NCBI GenBank assembly: GCA_963718565.1
Contig: OY970364.1
Location: 1 to 64,000, forward strand
DNA: 64,000 nt
DNA from: an uncultured Verrucomicrobiae bacterium
GTDB taxonomy: Bacteria > Chlamydiota > Chlamydiia > Chlamydiales > Rhabdochlamydiaceae
Direction of reading: 5' to 3'
Position 1 is the first letter of the stretch; the number at the start of each line of letters is the position of its first letter. Both the position numbers and the translations under genes were made by a program. Positions 1 to 8,658 of the stretch are shown one piece after another. A model generated the notes under the pieces. It ran no database searches. It was given only the letters and a program-made list of their open reading frames with translations, and was not told where the DNA came from.

Positions 1-336
1 AGGATCGGGACAGTCTGCTTGGCGCCGTGGATAAGCAGTCCGAAGATGCGCAGGAAGGCTGCGTTTTTGAAAAAGATGCGGGTGCGGCAGCTTTCTGTGC
101 ATCCGTTCCGCATAGCTCCACGTGCCATCCATCAAAAAAAGACCTAAATTTTTATCCGTTTCACTAAGGGGAGGAGCATCGATTTTCAATAAGAAATAAT
201 GCGATAAATCGGGGAGAGTATCTTTCGGATAGGTGAAAAAAAGGAAATCTGGACGTTTTTCGAGTCCGCGAAGAGAACATTTTTTAAGATTTTCTTTGCG
301 ATGGCGTAAAATAACTGTAGGAGGAAATAAAAACAT
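1..336 (-). CDS. TDD-superfamily (DTW/Tsr3-like) aminocarboxypropyltransferase-like protein, 3'-partial (runs off window)
   Basis: Hand translation from ATG at 336: MFLFPPTVILRHRKENLKKCSLRGLE...LMDGTWSYAERM...RSLPAHLRTAYPRRQ; has KKCS, DGTW and RSLP motifs. Not in ORF track because it is incomplete. Confidence 0.6.
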   Translation of the reverse strand, partial: MFLFPPTVILRHRKENLKKCSLRGLEKRPDFLFFTYPKDTLPDLSHYFLLKIDAPPLSETDKNLGLFLMDGTWSYAERMHRKLPHPHLFQKRSLPAHLRTAYPRRQADCPDP

Positions 337-405
337 TTTTTATAGAGAAGGGTTGGATAGCAAAAATAGAAGTTTAATTTTTTTGAGCACTTTCTATCAA
401 TAATT

Positions 406-1386
406 ATGCTGATTAGATTGATTTTAAATTGTTTGTTTTTATGTTTTATTTCAATTGCATTTGGCTCTCAATGGCAATTCGAAGAAAAAAATAGAATCAA
501 ATCTGCTCAAGCGGAAAATCGCCCCATTGTCGCAGTGTTTTTAGGAGAGGACTGTCCTTGGTCGAAGAAATTACGCCAAGAAGTTTTAGCATCTCCCTAT
601 TTTCTGGAAAAAATCCATGCAGAAGCCATTCTTTGGATCCATTTTTTGAAGCAACATGAAGAGGAAAAGCCTTTTATTCAAAAATACAAAGTCCAGCAGT
701 GCCCCGTATTTCTTTTGCTCGATCCCAATGGCAAAGAATTCGCTCGCTTCGATTATATCCCGTTAGATGCTCAAGGTTACACCGAAGCGATTATCAGTCA
801 AATCGAAAATTTTCAAGAAATCTGCCTTACTCTTGATCGGGAAGAGATGGATTTTGATGAACGGAAGTGGCAGGAGCTTTATCAAAAAGCAAAAAAGCTA
901 TCCGTCCCTTGCTTTCATCAGGTGATTTTAGAACGCGGGCTACACAAAGAAAAGGGTAATTATTTCCATCTGGAAAAATTCGCAACGCTTCTAGAAAAGT
1001 ATAAAATTAAACATCCCCAAGTGCGCAAAGCAAAACAACAGCTGCTCCATCGAGACCCCGACAATAAGTTCGGGATGCATTTTAGAGTTGCCGTACTCGA
1101 ATTCCAAAAAATCGCCTCGAGGTTTAAAACCAAAGATCAACCTGAAAAGGCCTTAGCTCCACTGTTACAATACATCCATCAATTTGGAAAAAAGGATGTG
1201 GAAAATTATTGGAAGAGTGAGTTGATGATCTCTAAATTTTTGTATGGTAATGAATTCATTCTTCCTGCACTAGAACATGCTGAAGCTGCGTACCTAACAA
1301 GTCCTGAGACAGCCAAACCGCAAATCGCTGAAACGATCTCTTTAATGAGGGAATTGCAAAACTCCTCGCCAGCAGAAAATCGATGA
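406..1386 (+). CDS. Exported thioredoxin-fold protein (CxxS variant); last 12 codons derive from a MITE
   Basis: Signal-peptide-like N-terminus, AQAENRPIVAVFLGEDCPWSKKL and PVFLLLDPNGKEF thioredoxin-like motifs; C-terminal RELQNSSPAENR is encoded by the MITE at 1347. Confidence 0.6.
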   Translation: MLIRLILNCLFLCFISIAFGSQWQFEEKNRIKSAQAENRPIVAVFLGEDCPWSKKLRQEVLASPYFLEKIHAEAILWIHFLKQHEEEKPFIQKYKVQQCPVFLLLDPNGKEFARFDYIPLDAQGYTEAIISQIENFQEICLTLDREEMDFDERKWQELYQKAKKLSVPCFHQVILERGLHKEKGNYFHLEKFATLLEKYKIKHPQVRKAKQQLLHRDPDNKFGMHFRVAVLEFQKIASRFKTKDQPEKALAPLLQYIHQFGKKDVENYWKSELMISKFLYGNEFILPALEHAEAAYLTSPETAKPQIAETISLMRELQNSSPAENR

Positions 1387-1604
1387 TTTTGGCACCTGTT
1401 GCCAGAACCCGCACAGCGGGTTCGGTTGGCGGCGGCGAAAGTATACTTGGATAAGTGGCTGCGAAGACACGAGAAGGTCCGGGGAACCTTCGTAAGTAGC
1501 AAAGCAGGTGAGCGAAGAGCGAACCGGGGCCGAAGGCAGCCGCCGCCAAGGCGACAGGTGCCAAAAGCGCGATTTTATGCGGCGAGGAGTTTTGCAATTC
1601 CCTC
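1347..1604 (+). mobile_element. MITE family A, long form (258 bp)
   Basis: 24-bp TIR GAGGGAATTGCAAAACTCCTCGCC / GGCGAGGAGTTTTGCAATTCCCTC, flanked by TAAT on both sides (4-bp TSD). Confidence 0.9.
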
Positions 1605-1624
1605 TAATGAAACAGAGTTTATAA

Positions 1625-2416
1625 ATGAAATCTACTTGTTGCTGGAAACGGTCAGCAAAAAAGAAATTCGGCGTTCTCTGCGGCGCGGAAAAAACCCAAG
1701 AATGGTTATTGCCATGGTGGTGGTCGCGTTATCGAGAACATAACGATTTTCCAGTGACCTTTTTTGATTTTGGAATGTCTGATGAGATGAAAGCGTGGTG
1801 CGCAGAAAGAGGGGAGCTTTGTTCGATCGAACTAGAACCGCCTTGCATCTTCCCGCGAAGCGCCATTGATCCAGGTCTTGCTAAAGAGTGGGAGCGCCTT
1901 TACGGATGGGTTGTATGGAGCTCGCGCCATATCTGGTTTAAAAAGCCTTTTGCTTTCTTAAATTCTTGTTATGAAAAAACAGTGTGGATCGACTTGGATT
2001 GCGAAATTTTAGGTCCTTTGGATTTTCTTTTTTCTCATTCCGATTCGATATCAGGTCTTGCCCTTGTGCGAGAATATGCTACCGAACATCTGCTTCAGCA
2101 CGATCCTCATGTCCGCTATAATGGAGGGGTGATTGTTTTTCAACATGGTCTGCCGATCATCGAAAAATGGGCAGAAGGTGCGATGACACAAAGTGATCGA
2201 TTTGGCGGAGATGACTTACTTCTGTCTCATCTTATCCATGAGCTTCGATTAAATGTAATGGAGCTTCCAGAAATCTACAATTGGAGAATGGCGCGCGGGC
2301 TCAATCTCAATGCTGTCATCCTGCACTGGCTAGGCAGCGGCGGCAAAGCTTACATCCGCAAGCACGGCGGACTCAAGCCTTCCCTCGACACGTTCTTCCA
2401 CTCCCGGAAAGGTTAA
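1625..2416 (+). CDS. Nucleotide-diphospho-sugar glycosyltransferase (GT-A fold)
   Basis: WFKKPFA, WIDLDCEI (DxD), YNGGVIVF, DDLLL, YNW...ILHW motifs typical of GT8-like enzymes. Confidence 0.65.
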   Translation: MKSTCCWKRSAKKKFGVLCGAEKTQEWLLPWWWSRYREHNDFPVTFFDFGMSDEMKAWCAERGELCSIELEPPCIFPRSAIDPGLAKEWERLYGWVVWSSRHIWFKKPFAFLNSCYEKTVWIDLDCEILGPLDFLFSHSDSISGLALVREYATEHLLQHDPHVRYNGGVIVFQHGLPIIEKWAEGAMTQSDRFGGDDLLLSHLIHELRLNVMELPEIYNWRMARGLNLNAVILHWLGSGGKAYIRKHGGLKPSLDTFFHSRKG

Positions 2417-2598
2417 GAGGGAATTGCAAAACTCCTCGCCAGCAGAAAATTGATGATTTTGGCACCTGTTGCCAGAACCCGCACAGCGGGTTCGGTTGGC
2501 GGCGGCGAAAGCATACTTGGATAAGTAGGAGATCCGCCGCCAAGGCGACAGGTACCAAAAGCGCGATTGTATGTGGCGAAGAGTTTTGCAATTCCCTC
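2417..2598 (+). mobile_element. MITE family A, short form (182 bp)
   Basis: Same TIRs; TTAA on both flanks, the left TTAA includes the stop codon of the upstream gene. Confidence 0.9.
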
Positions 2599-2607
2599 TT
2601 AAAAGAA

Positions 2608-3163
2608 TCAGTCGATGGTTTGCCAGGAGGTGATGCGGATGAGATCTTTGGGGATTTCGAAGAGGAATCGAGAGGGATTTGTGTGGATCTCTTTGCCCAT
2701 TTTTTTCCTTTTGCGGGCCATGCTCAACGTGAGAGACTTTTTTGCGCGGGTCATAGCGACGTACATGAGACGACGTTCTTCCTCGAGGCCGGTCTCCATC
2801 AGGCTTTTTTCATGGGGGATAATGTGATCTTCCAGGCCGATGAGATAACAGGCAGTAAATTCAAGCCCTTTAGCGCTGTGGAAGGTCATCAAGCTGACTT
2901 TATCTTCTTTTTGCGAATTGTCGCGATGAATCCTCCGTTCTTGGTCTAGAAGTGAGGTGCTTAAAAAAGAACTCAATGAAATCTCTTCCTCTTGGCCCAA
3001 GGTAGCTTGTTCTTCTTCATAAATGGCCATTGAGTCAATGCAGTGTGCGACATTTTCCCATTTGAAATCGCGCATTTTTTCAGTTTTTACGTCATCGAGG
3101 ATGGCTTTCTTGTAATCGATTTCGTCGATCAGCCAAGCAAATGTAGGATGAAGAGGCGGCCTT
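2608..3163 (-). pseudogene. Duplicated 3' fragment of uvrD
   Basis: Identical peptide to the UvrD C-terminus; produced by the 614-bp duplication. Confidence 0.75.
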
Positions 3164-3212
3164 AGGTACCAAAAGCGCGATTGTATGTGGCGAAGAGTTT
3201 TGCAATTCCCTC
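3164..3212 (+). mobile_element. MITE family A right-end fragment copied by the tandem duplication
   Basis: Identical to 2550-2598. Confidence 0.85.
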
Positions 3213-3221
3213 TTAAAAGAA

Positions 3222-5258
3222 TCAGTCGATGGTTTGCCAGGAGGTGATGCGGATGAGATCTTTGGGGATTTCGAAGAGGAATCGAGAGGGATTTGTGTGG
3301 ATCTCTTTGCCCATTTTTTTCCTTTTGCGGGCCATGCTCAACGTGAGAGACTTTTTTGCGCGGGTCATAGCGACGTACATGAGACGACGTTCTTCCTCGA
3401 GGCCGGTCTCCATCAGGCTTTTTTCATGGGGGATAATGTGATCTTCCAGGCCGATGAGATAACAGGCAGTAAATTCAAGCCCTTTAGCGCTGTGGAAGGT
3501 CATCAAGCTGACTTTATCTTCTTTTTGCGAATTGTCGCGATGAATCCTCCGTTCTTGGTCTAGAAGTGAGGTGCTTAAAAAAGAACTCAATGAAATCTCT
3601 TCCTCTTGGCCCAAGGTAGCTTGTTCTTCTTCATAAATGGCCATTGAGTCAATGCAGTGTGCGACATTTTCCCATTTGAAATCGCGCATTTTTTCAGTTT
3701 TTACGTCATCGAGGATGGCTTTCTTGTAATCGATTTCGTCGATCAGCCAAGCAAATGTAGGATGAAGAGGCGGCCTTGCGAATTTTAATTGTGCAGTTCT
3801 AATCAGTTCTACAAAGGAGCGAATCCCTGCAAGCGCTTTATCGGAAAGGTCATTTTTTAAACTTGAAGAAAGAGGTAGAGCAATTTCTGTAAGCAAAGTC
3901 CATAAAGGAATGTTGCGCGTTCGGTTGAACTGTGTCAATTGGTCTAAAGAGCGATCGGAGATTCCTCGACGAGGAACATTGATGATGCGAAGCAATGCTT
4001 CTTGGTCGAAAGGATTTGCAATAATGCGAAGGTAGGCGATCAGGTCTTTGATTTCGGCGCGTTCGTAAAATTCAGTTCCGCCAAAAACTTCATAAGGAAT
4101 CCCGCGGACCCATTTGCCCTCCTTTTCCCAAACTGCCTGCATTAAGGCCAATTCCAATGGCCTTGCAAGAATATTTGATCGGTAAAGAACAGCCATTTCA
4201 TTCCAAGGGATCTTTTTTTCTTTGTGTAACTTGATTATGCGTTGGATAATCGATTGCGCCTCATCTAACTCCGTCGGAGCATGAAAAAGTGTGATGAGAT
4301 CTCCACTTTCTGCGGTACTCCACAATTCTTTAGTGTGTCTTTGTTCATTGTTGGCAATGACCGCGTTAGCAGCTTTCAGGATTGTCGGCGTCGAACGATA
4401 ATTTTGTTCGAGTTTGATCACCGTCTCAGACTCGAATTGCAGAATGTTTTTAATCTCGGCACCGCGCCACCCATAAATCGACTGGTCGTCATCGCCGACG
4501 ACGCATAAATTGTTGTGTTTGCTCGAAATCAATTTCGCCAGACGGTACTGAATGGGGTTGGTGTCCTGGTATTCATCGATCATGATGTAACGGTAGCGTT
4601 CCTGATAACGGTCCAACACATCGGAGTGCTCCTCAAACAGCTGAACAGTCAAAGAAAGTAAACTGTCGAAATCGACGGCATTATAGGCGCGCATGCATGT
4701 TTTTAGGCGTTCATAGAGATCGGCGCTAAATTGATCGTGCCATGCTATTTTGTCTTTTGCAATTTCCTCAAATGAAAGGCCACGGCTTTTAGCAAAAGCG
4801 ATTTTATTGAAGGTTTTCTCTAGGGAAGGAAGTTCTCCTTCATGCTCAAGAAGGTGTCGAGCGAGCCCTTGTCCCAAGCGGCGGACATCTTTTTCATCAT
4901 AAAGCGTGAAATTTGAAGTGTAGCCTAATTTAGCAATCTCTTTGCGCAAAACCTGCATACAGAAGCTATGAAATGTGCTTAGCGTTACCTTCTTGGCAGC
5001 TTGATAAGAGACGATTTTGGCAACGCGCTGCCGCATTTCCTGTGCTGCTTTATTAGTGAATGTGAGGCCCAAAATCGCTTCTGGGGAAATTTTTAAATGC
5101 TGCAGCATGTGGGCGATCCGATAAGCGAGCACACTTGTTTTCCCACTGCCAGCTCCTGCAAGGATGAGCACACGGCCTTGCGCCGTCAGCACAGCTCTAC
5201 GTTGGGCGGGGTTAAGGTGGGAAAAAGCTTGTTGACCTGAGTTTTGGGTTTCTTTCAT
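3222..5258 (-). CDS. uvrD: UvrD/Rep/PcrA superfamily 1 DNA helicase
   Basis: AGAGSGKT (motif I), IDEYQDTN (II), VGDDDQSIYGWRGA, QNYRS, TFHSAKGLEF, EERRLMYVAMTRA. Confidence 0.92.
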   Translation of the reverse strand: MKETQNSGQQAFSHLNPAQRRAVLTAQGRVLILAGAGSGKTSVLAYRIAHMLQHLKISPEAILGLTFTNKAAQEMRQRVAKIVSYQAAKKVTLSTFHSFCMQVLRKEIAKLGYTSNFTLYDEKDVRRLGQGLARHLLEHEGELPSLEKTFNKIAFAKSRGLSFEEIAKDKIAWHDQFSADLYERLKTCMRAYNAVDFDSLLSLTVQLFEEHSDVLDRYQERYRYIMIDEYQDTNPIQYRLAKLISSKHNNLCVVGDDDQSIYGWRGAEIKNILQFESETVIKLEQNYRSTPTILKAANAVIANNEQRHTKELWSTAESGDLITLFHAPTELDEAQSIIQRIIKLHKEKKIPWNEMAVLYRSNILARPLELALMQAVWEKEGKWVRGIPYEVFGGTEFYERAEIKDLIAYLRIIANPFDQEALLRIINVPRRGISDRSLDQLTQFNRTRNIPLWTLLTEIALPLSSSLKNDLSDKALAGIRSFVELIRTAQLKFARPPLHPTFAWLIDEIDYKKAILDDVKTEKMRDFKWENVAHCIDSMAIYEEEQATLGQEEEISLSSFLSTSLLDQERRIHRDNSQKEDKVSLMTFHSAKGLEFTACYLIGLEDHIIPHEKSLMETGLEEERRLMYVAMTRAKKSLTLSMARKRKKMGKEIHTNPSRFLFEIPKDLIRITSWQTID

Positions 5259-5295
5259 TCAAAACCTAAAGTTTTGGGTTCCTTTCATAAGTACA

Positions 5296-5554
5296 GAGGG
5301 AATTGCAAAACTCCTCGCCGCATAAAACCGCGCCTTTGGCACCTGTCGCCTTGGCGGCGGCTGCCTTTCGGCCCCGGTTCGCTCTTCGCTCACCTGCTTT
5401 GCTACTTACGAAGGTTCCCCGGACCTTCTCGTGTCTTCGCAGCCACTTATCCAAGCATGCTTTCGCCGCCGCCAACCGAACCCGCTGTGCGGGTTCTGGC
5501 AACAGGTGCCAAAATCATCGATTTTCTGCTGGCGAAGAGTTTTGCAATTCCCTC
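5296..5554 (-). mobile_element. MITE family A, long form, inverted relative to 1347-1604
   Basis: Reverse complement of copy 1 with a few substitutions; TACA on both flanks. Confidence 0.9.
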
Positions 5555-5585
5555 TACAATGAACCAAAAACTCAGGCTCAAAGGA

Positions 5586-6023
5586 TCAAATCCAGCGGGA
5601 AAGGAGGTTTTTTAGGTCAGTTAAAATCTCTTGCTTAGAAAGATACATGCCATTCTTACGAGGGGAAACATTCAATTCTAAATCTTGAGGAAGAGACAGG
5701 TAAATTTCACGAAACGCTTCTCGCACCACTCGTTTGAAACGGTTGCGCAAGTGCGCTTTGCCGAACTTGCGAGAGACTGTGATTCCCAACCTGGCAGAAG
5801 AAAATGTTTTTCCCTGACAAATATCTATGGAAATCTGTTCGCCGGATAATCGGATAGAATTCTTGTGCAGATATCTGTAATGGACGCGCGACAACAGCCG
5901 GGCTGATTTTGGAAATTTTCCTGTTAGGTGCCTCTTGTGGAGCGAAACAACGGAAACGAGCTGCTCTTTCGCGGAAGTAATTTCACTCGTTTCCTCACAT
6001 AAGATTAAAGGAGCGCTGGTCAT
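5586..6023 (-). CDS. rnpA: Ribonuclease P protein component (true start may be downstream of 6023)
   Basis: FPKSARLL, RLGITVSRKFGKAHLRNRFKRVVREAFR (RNR motif); downstream of rpmH. Confidence 0.9.
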   Translation of the reverse strand: MTSAPLILCEETSEITSAKEQLVSVVSLHKRHLTGKFPKSARLLSRVHYRYLHKNSIRLSGEQISIDICQGKTFSSARLGITVSRKFGKAHLRNRFKRVVREAFREIYLSLPQDLELNVSPRKNGMYLSKQEILTDLKNLLSRWI

Positions 6024-6037
6024 CTAAAAAATATTTT

Positions 6038-6175
6038 TTAAGCAGTCGTGAGTTTTTTGCGTCCGGAACGGCGACGGCGATTAATGATGGCGCGTCCATC
6101 TTTAGTTTTCATCCGGTTGCGAAATCCGCAGTTTTTTTGGCGCTTTCTCTTGCTGGGTTGGTAAGTGCGTTTCAT
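6038..6175 (-). CDS. rpmH: 50S ribosomal protein L34
   Basis: Hand translation [45 protein letters not shown]. Confidence 0.95.
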   Translation of the reverse strand: MKRTYQPSKRKRQKNCGFRNRMKTKDGRAIINRRRRSGRKKLTTA

Positions 6176-6219
6176 GGAAGCTTCCTTAAAGTTAAGCGAT
6201 AACAAAATTTGTTGCCGTC

Positions 6220-6248
6220 AATATAGTTCATCATTAAAAATTCCTCAA
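6220..6248 (-). promoter_or_regulatory. Candidate sigma70/sigma66 promoter for rpmH-rnpA
   Basis: Minus strand TTGAGG-N17-TATATT, 45 bp upstream of the rpmH ATG. Confidence 0.5.
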
Positions 6249-6316
6249 GGAAATAAAAGGTTTTGTACAGGGCACAAGCAATTAATAGAAGTTTTTTAAA
6301 ATGGACAAACCTTTTG

Positions 6317-6393
6317 ATACCGCCTCCATTTCATATGTCGGAAACACGGCACTGGCGTGTCCGCGTTTCCGACATGTGAAAAAGAAGCAATAA
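6317..6393. repeat. Palindromic element, probably a decayed TATACC-ended MITE
   Basis: Stem TTTCATATGTCGGAAAC...GTTTCCGACATGTGAAA with degenerate outer arms ATACCGCCTCC / AAGAAGCAATAA. Confidence 0.55.
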
Positions 6394-6456
6394 AAAAAAC
6401 TTTTACTAAAATTAAAAAAATCTCTTAATTTTTTGTGCCCTGATTTTTGCAAATTC

Positions 6457-6486
6457 TTGCCAAGAAATCTAAGGATTGCGTATAAC
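6457..6486 (+). promoter_or_regulatory. Candidate promoter for rpmJ-rpsN
   Basis: TTGCCA-N18-TATAAC, 41 bp upstream of the rpmJ ATG. Confidence 0.45.
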
Positions 6487-6527
6487 GGTGGCTAACTTTA
6501 ATTTTCTATTTCTTTGCAAGGTAGTCC

Positions 6528-6665
6528 ATGAAAGTCAAAGCTTCGATCAAAGCCGACCCGTCCAAAGGAGACAAAGTCGTCCGCCGGAAAGGTCGTGTCT
6601 ATGTGATCAATAAAATCGATCCAAACCGCAAGCAGAGACAAAAAGGTCCTGCTCGTAAAAAGTAG
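6528..6665 (+). CDS. rpmJ: 50S ribosomal protein L36 (Cys-free type)
   Basis: Hand translation [45 protein letters not shown]. Confidence 0.95.
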   Translation: MKVKASIKADPSKGDKVVRRKGRVYVINKIDPNRKQRQKGPARKK

Positions 6666-6680
6666 TGAGAAAAGAGGAAT

Positions 6681-6986
6681 ATGGCAACAAAAGCCTGGAT
6701 AGCAAAACAAAAAAGACGTGAACGCTTAGTTCAACTCAAATGGGAAAAACGTCAAAATCTTAAAAAAGTCGTTCTCGATATGAATAAGAGTGAAGAAGAT
6801 CGTCAAGCAGCTAAGATGCAGCTGAATAAGATGCCGCGCAACTCTTCCCCCGTTCGTCTTCGCAGTCGCTGCCAGCTCACGGGCCGTTCCCGTGGGGTTC
6901 TAAAGAAATTTAAACTTTCCCGTCTCTGTTTCCGCGAAATGGCAAATAATGGTTTGATTCCCGGCGTTGTTAAAGCTAGCTGGTAA
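6681..6986 (+). CDS. rpsN: 30S ribosomal protein S14 (long, non-zinc type)
   Basis: [21 protein letters not shown]...[10 protein letters not shown]...IPGVVKASW. Confidence 0.97.
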   Translation: MATKAWIAKQKRRERLVQLKWEKRQNLKKVVLDMNKSEEDRQAAKMQLNKMPRNSSPVRLRSRCQLTGRSRGVLKKFKLSRLCFREMANNGLIPGVVKASW

Positions 6987-7000
6987 ACCGTAAACCGAAC

Positions 7001-7046
7001 GCCTTTTCTTTGGAAAAGGCCGCATAGGCTCATGTGGCTTTTTTTC
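7001..7046 (+). terminator. Hairpins plus T-tract after rpsN (between convergent genes)
   Basis: GCCTTTTC-TT-GGAAAAGGC hairpin, then CCGCATAGGCTCATGTGG followed by TTTTTTT. Confidence 0.5.
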
Positions 7047-7058
7047 AGGTAAAGCAGG

Positions 7059-7466
7059 TTATGCAAGATGTCTAATGACTTCTTGGAACTTTTGCCAATT
7101 TTCCATCGATTCGTTCCACACGAAAGTGTTTTCTCGGATTTTACCTTCTACCCAAGCTCTGCTTAAGGCATCAAAGCTCATCGGCCCCATTTGGCTTTTC
7201 TGCTCATCAAGGAAATACCATAACTTTTCTTCATGAGAAGGAGAGAGAAGGGCGAGTTTAGGAATTTTTTGAGAAGGAAGCGCCTCGGAATGAGAAGTTG
7301 CACGGCGTCGTCGAGCAGGTAGAATGAAAATGACGATGAGTGCAAAAATTCCAAAAAGTAGACCCGCGATAAACCAATGTAGGGGACTACGTCTACGCTG
7401 TTTAGCCAAATGACTGCACCCCAAACCTAGAGTCAAACTCAGAAGAATAGTAAAAAATGTTTGCAT
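7059..7466 (-). CDS. Membrane protein with GYF_2 (DUF4339)-like domain
   Basis: Two hydrophobic segments, then WYFLDEQKSQMGPMSFDAL...TFVWNESMENW. Confidence 0.75.
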   Translation of the reverse strand: MQTFFTILLSLTLGLGCSHLAKQRRRSPLHWFIAGLLFGIFALIVIFILPARRRRATSHSEALPSQKIPKLALLSPSHEEKLWYFLDEQKSQMGPMSFDALSRAWVEGKIRENTFVWNESMENWQKFQEVIRHLA

Positions 7467-7665
7467 GGGGCTCTTCCCAATTTTGATTTCATCATAGAGA
7501 TTTTGCTCGTAAAGTACAATAATTTAATTGCTATTGATTGTGGCAAAAACTGAATTGTAAAAAAGGCGCAAAAAGCAGTAATTTTTGGAAAAAAATAGCC
7601 TACAGGGGTTATAATTAATGAGACGATAAAGAGCATGTAAGTTTTTTTTAGAAAAAAGAGGATGG

Positions 7666-8136
7666 ATGATGTATAATCCGTTGAAGCAAATTGATACCAA
7701 GGAATTAGAACTTCCTGAAACCGTCTTTATCCGCGACATCGAGAGCAAGGTATTTCAATCGATTGTTCTCCAATCGCTAAGTCAAATTGATGGCGTAGAG
7801 ACATTGGAAGGGAATCTTTTCGATAGCCTTTTGGGCGACAGCTTAGATGGCATCAAAGGGATCCATGTCGACCAAGATCAAAAAAATCACTCTGTGAATG
7901 TGCGCATTGAAATCAATGTCGCCTATGGGGTTTCTATTCCGGACAAAGCTGAGGAAATCCAGAATAAGATCCTTCAGGACATTAGCCGGTTAACGAGTTT
8001 GCATGTCGGAACAGTGCACGTCATTTTTAAAAATTTGATCTCTCCAAAGCCAAAGCCTAATATTGAAGAGTTACTGGAGAAAAAAGTTAAAGTGACGAAG
8101 TCTTCTGCATCAGAGCGATACGACGAGGTATTTTAA
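7666..8136 (+). CDS. Asp23/Gls24 family envelope stress protein
   Basis: KGIHVDQ...VNVRIEINVAYGVSIPDKAEEIQ...LTSLHVGTVHV pattern. Confidence 0.8.
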   Translation: MMYNPLKQIDTKELELPETVFIRDIESKVFQSIVLQSLSQIDGVETLEGNLFDSLLGDSLDGIKGIHVDQDQKNHSVNVRIEINVAYGVSIPDKAEEIQNKILQDISRLTSLHVGTVHVIFKNLISPKPKPNIEELLEKKVKVTKSSASERYDEVF

Positions 8137-8142
8137 TCCTTC

Positions 8143-8658
8143 TTGGTCCTTATGAAAACAGGTAACCTTCTCTTTTCAGCAGTGCAGTTTGTCTTTGTGA
8201 TGTTGGTGATTCTGTTGGGTATTTTTTTTATCGGTCTTCAACATGCGCCGCACTTGCGCGGTGCCATTGCCGATTTTTTTTTACAGACTGTCGTTCGTTT
8301 TTCTCTCGTTGGCTATCTGATCCTAGCTTGCGGCATTCTTTTATTGATTGGCTTTTATGTCATGCATCGGGGAGTGTATTACAACATCAAAATGGGACGA
8401 AATGAAGTCTTTGTCGATCCTCAGGTCGTCCAACAGTATGTCAAAGAATACTGGAAAACGATTTTTCCCGGTGACGATCATTCCATTGAGATCGGTTTTA
8501 GCAAGGACCAAAAGATTGAAATGTTTATCGAACTGCCTCTTTTATCTCCTGAAAAACAGAGGGCACTTTTGGAAAAGGCTGAAAGCGAACTCAACCACAT
8601 CCTTCAAAAGCATTTAGGTTATCGGAAAGAATTCATGCTTTCTATCCTCGTTAAGTAG
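8143..8658 (+). CDS. Hypothetical two-TM membrane protein (possible AmaP-like Asp23 anchor); start may be ATG 8152
   Basis: Two hydrophobic helices followed by a soluble domain; directly after the Asp23 gene. Confidence 0.5.
   Translation: MVLMKTGNLLFSAVQFVFVMLVILLGIFFIGLQHAPHLRGAIADFFLQTVVRFSLVGYLILACGILLLIGFYVMHRGVYYNIKMGRNEVFVDPQVVQQYVKEYWKTIFPGDDHSIEIGFSKDQKIEMFIELPLLSPEKQRALLEKAESELNHILQKHLGYRKEFMLSILVK

Larger units (their letters stand above)
2550..3777. repeat. Apparently exact 614-bp tandem duplication (2550-3163 and 3164-3777)
   Basis: Both units start AGGTACCAAAAGCGCG and end GAAGAGGCGGCCTT; ORF 2608-3075 is identical to the last 155 aa of UvrD. Confidence 0.9.

Noticed and set aside
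1206..1743. Short ORFs over family A copies (also 2281-2949, 2373-2591, 5244-5638, 25120-25308, 25434-25820)
   Set aside because: They are read-throughs of the MITE sequence; the same peptides recur wherever the element occurs and lack independent gene signals.
2608..3075. Independent small helicase-domain gene
   Set aside because: It is a by-product of the 614-bp tandem duplication, identical to the UvrD C-terminus.
5952..5994. GGAAACGAG...CTCGTTTCC hairpin in the rnpA 5' region as another in-frame element
   Set aside because: Only a 9-bp stem, no TSD and no second copy in the window; the rnpA start itself is uncertain.
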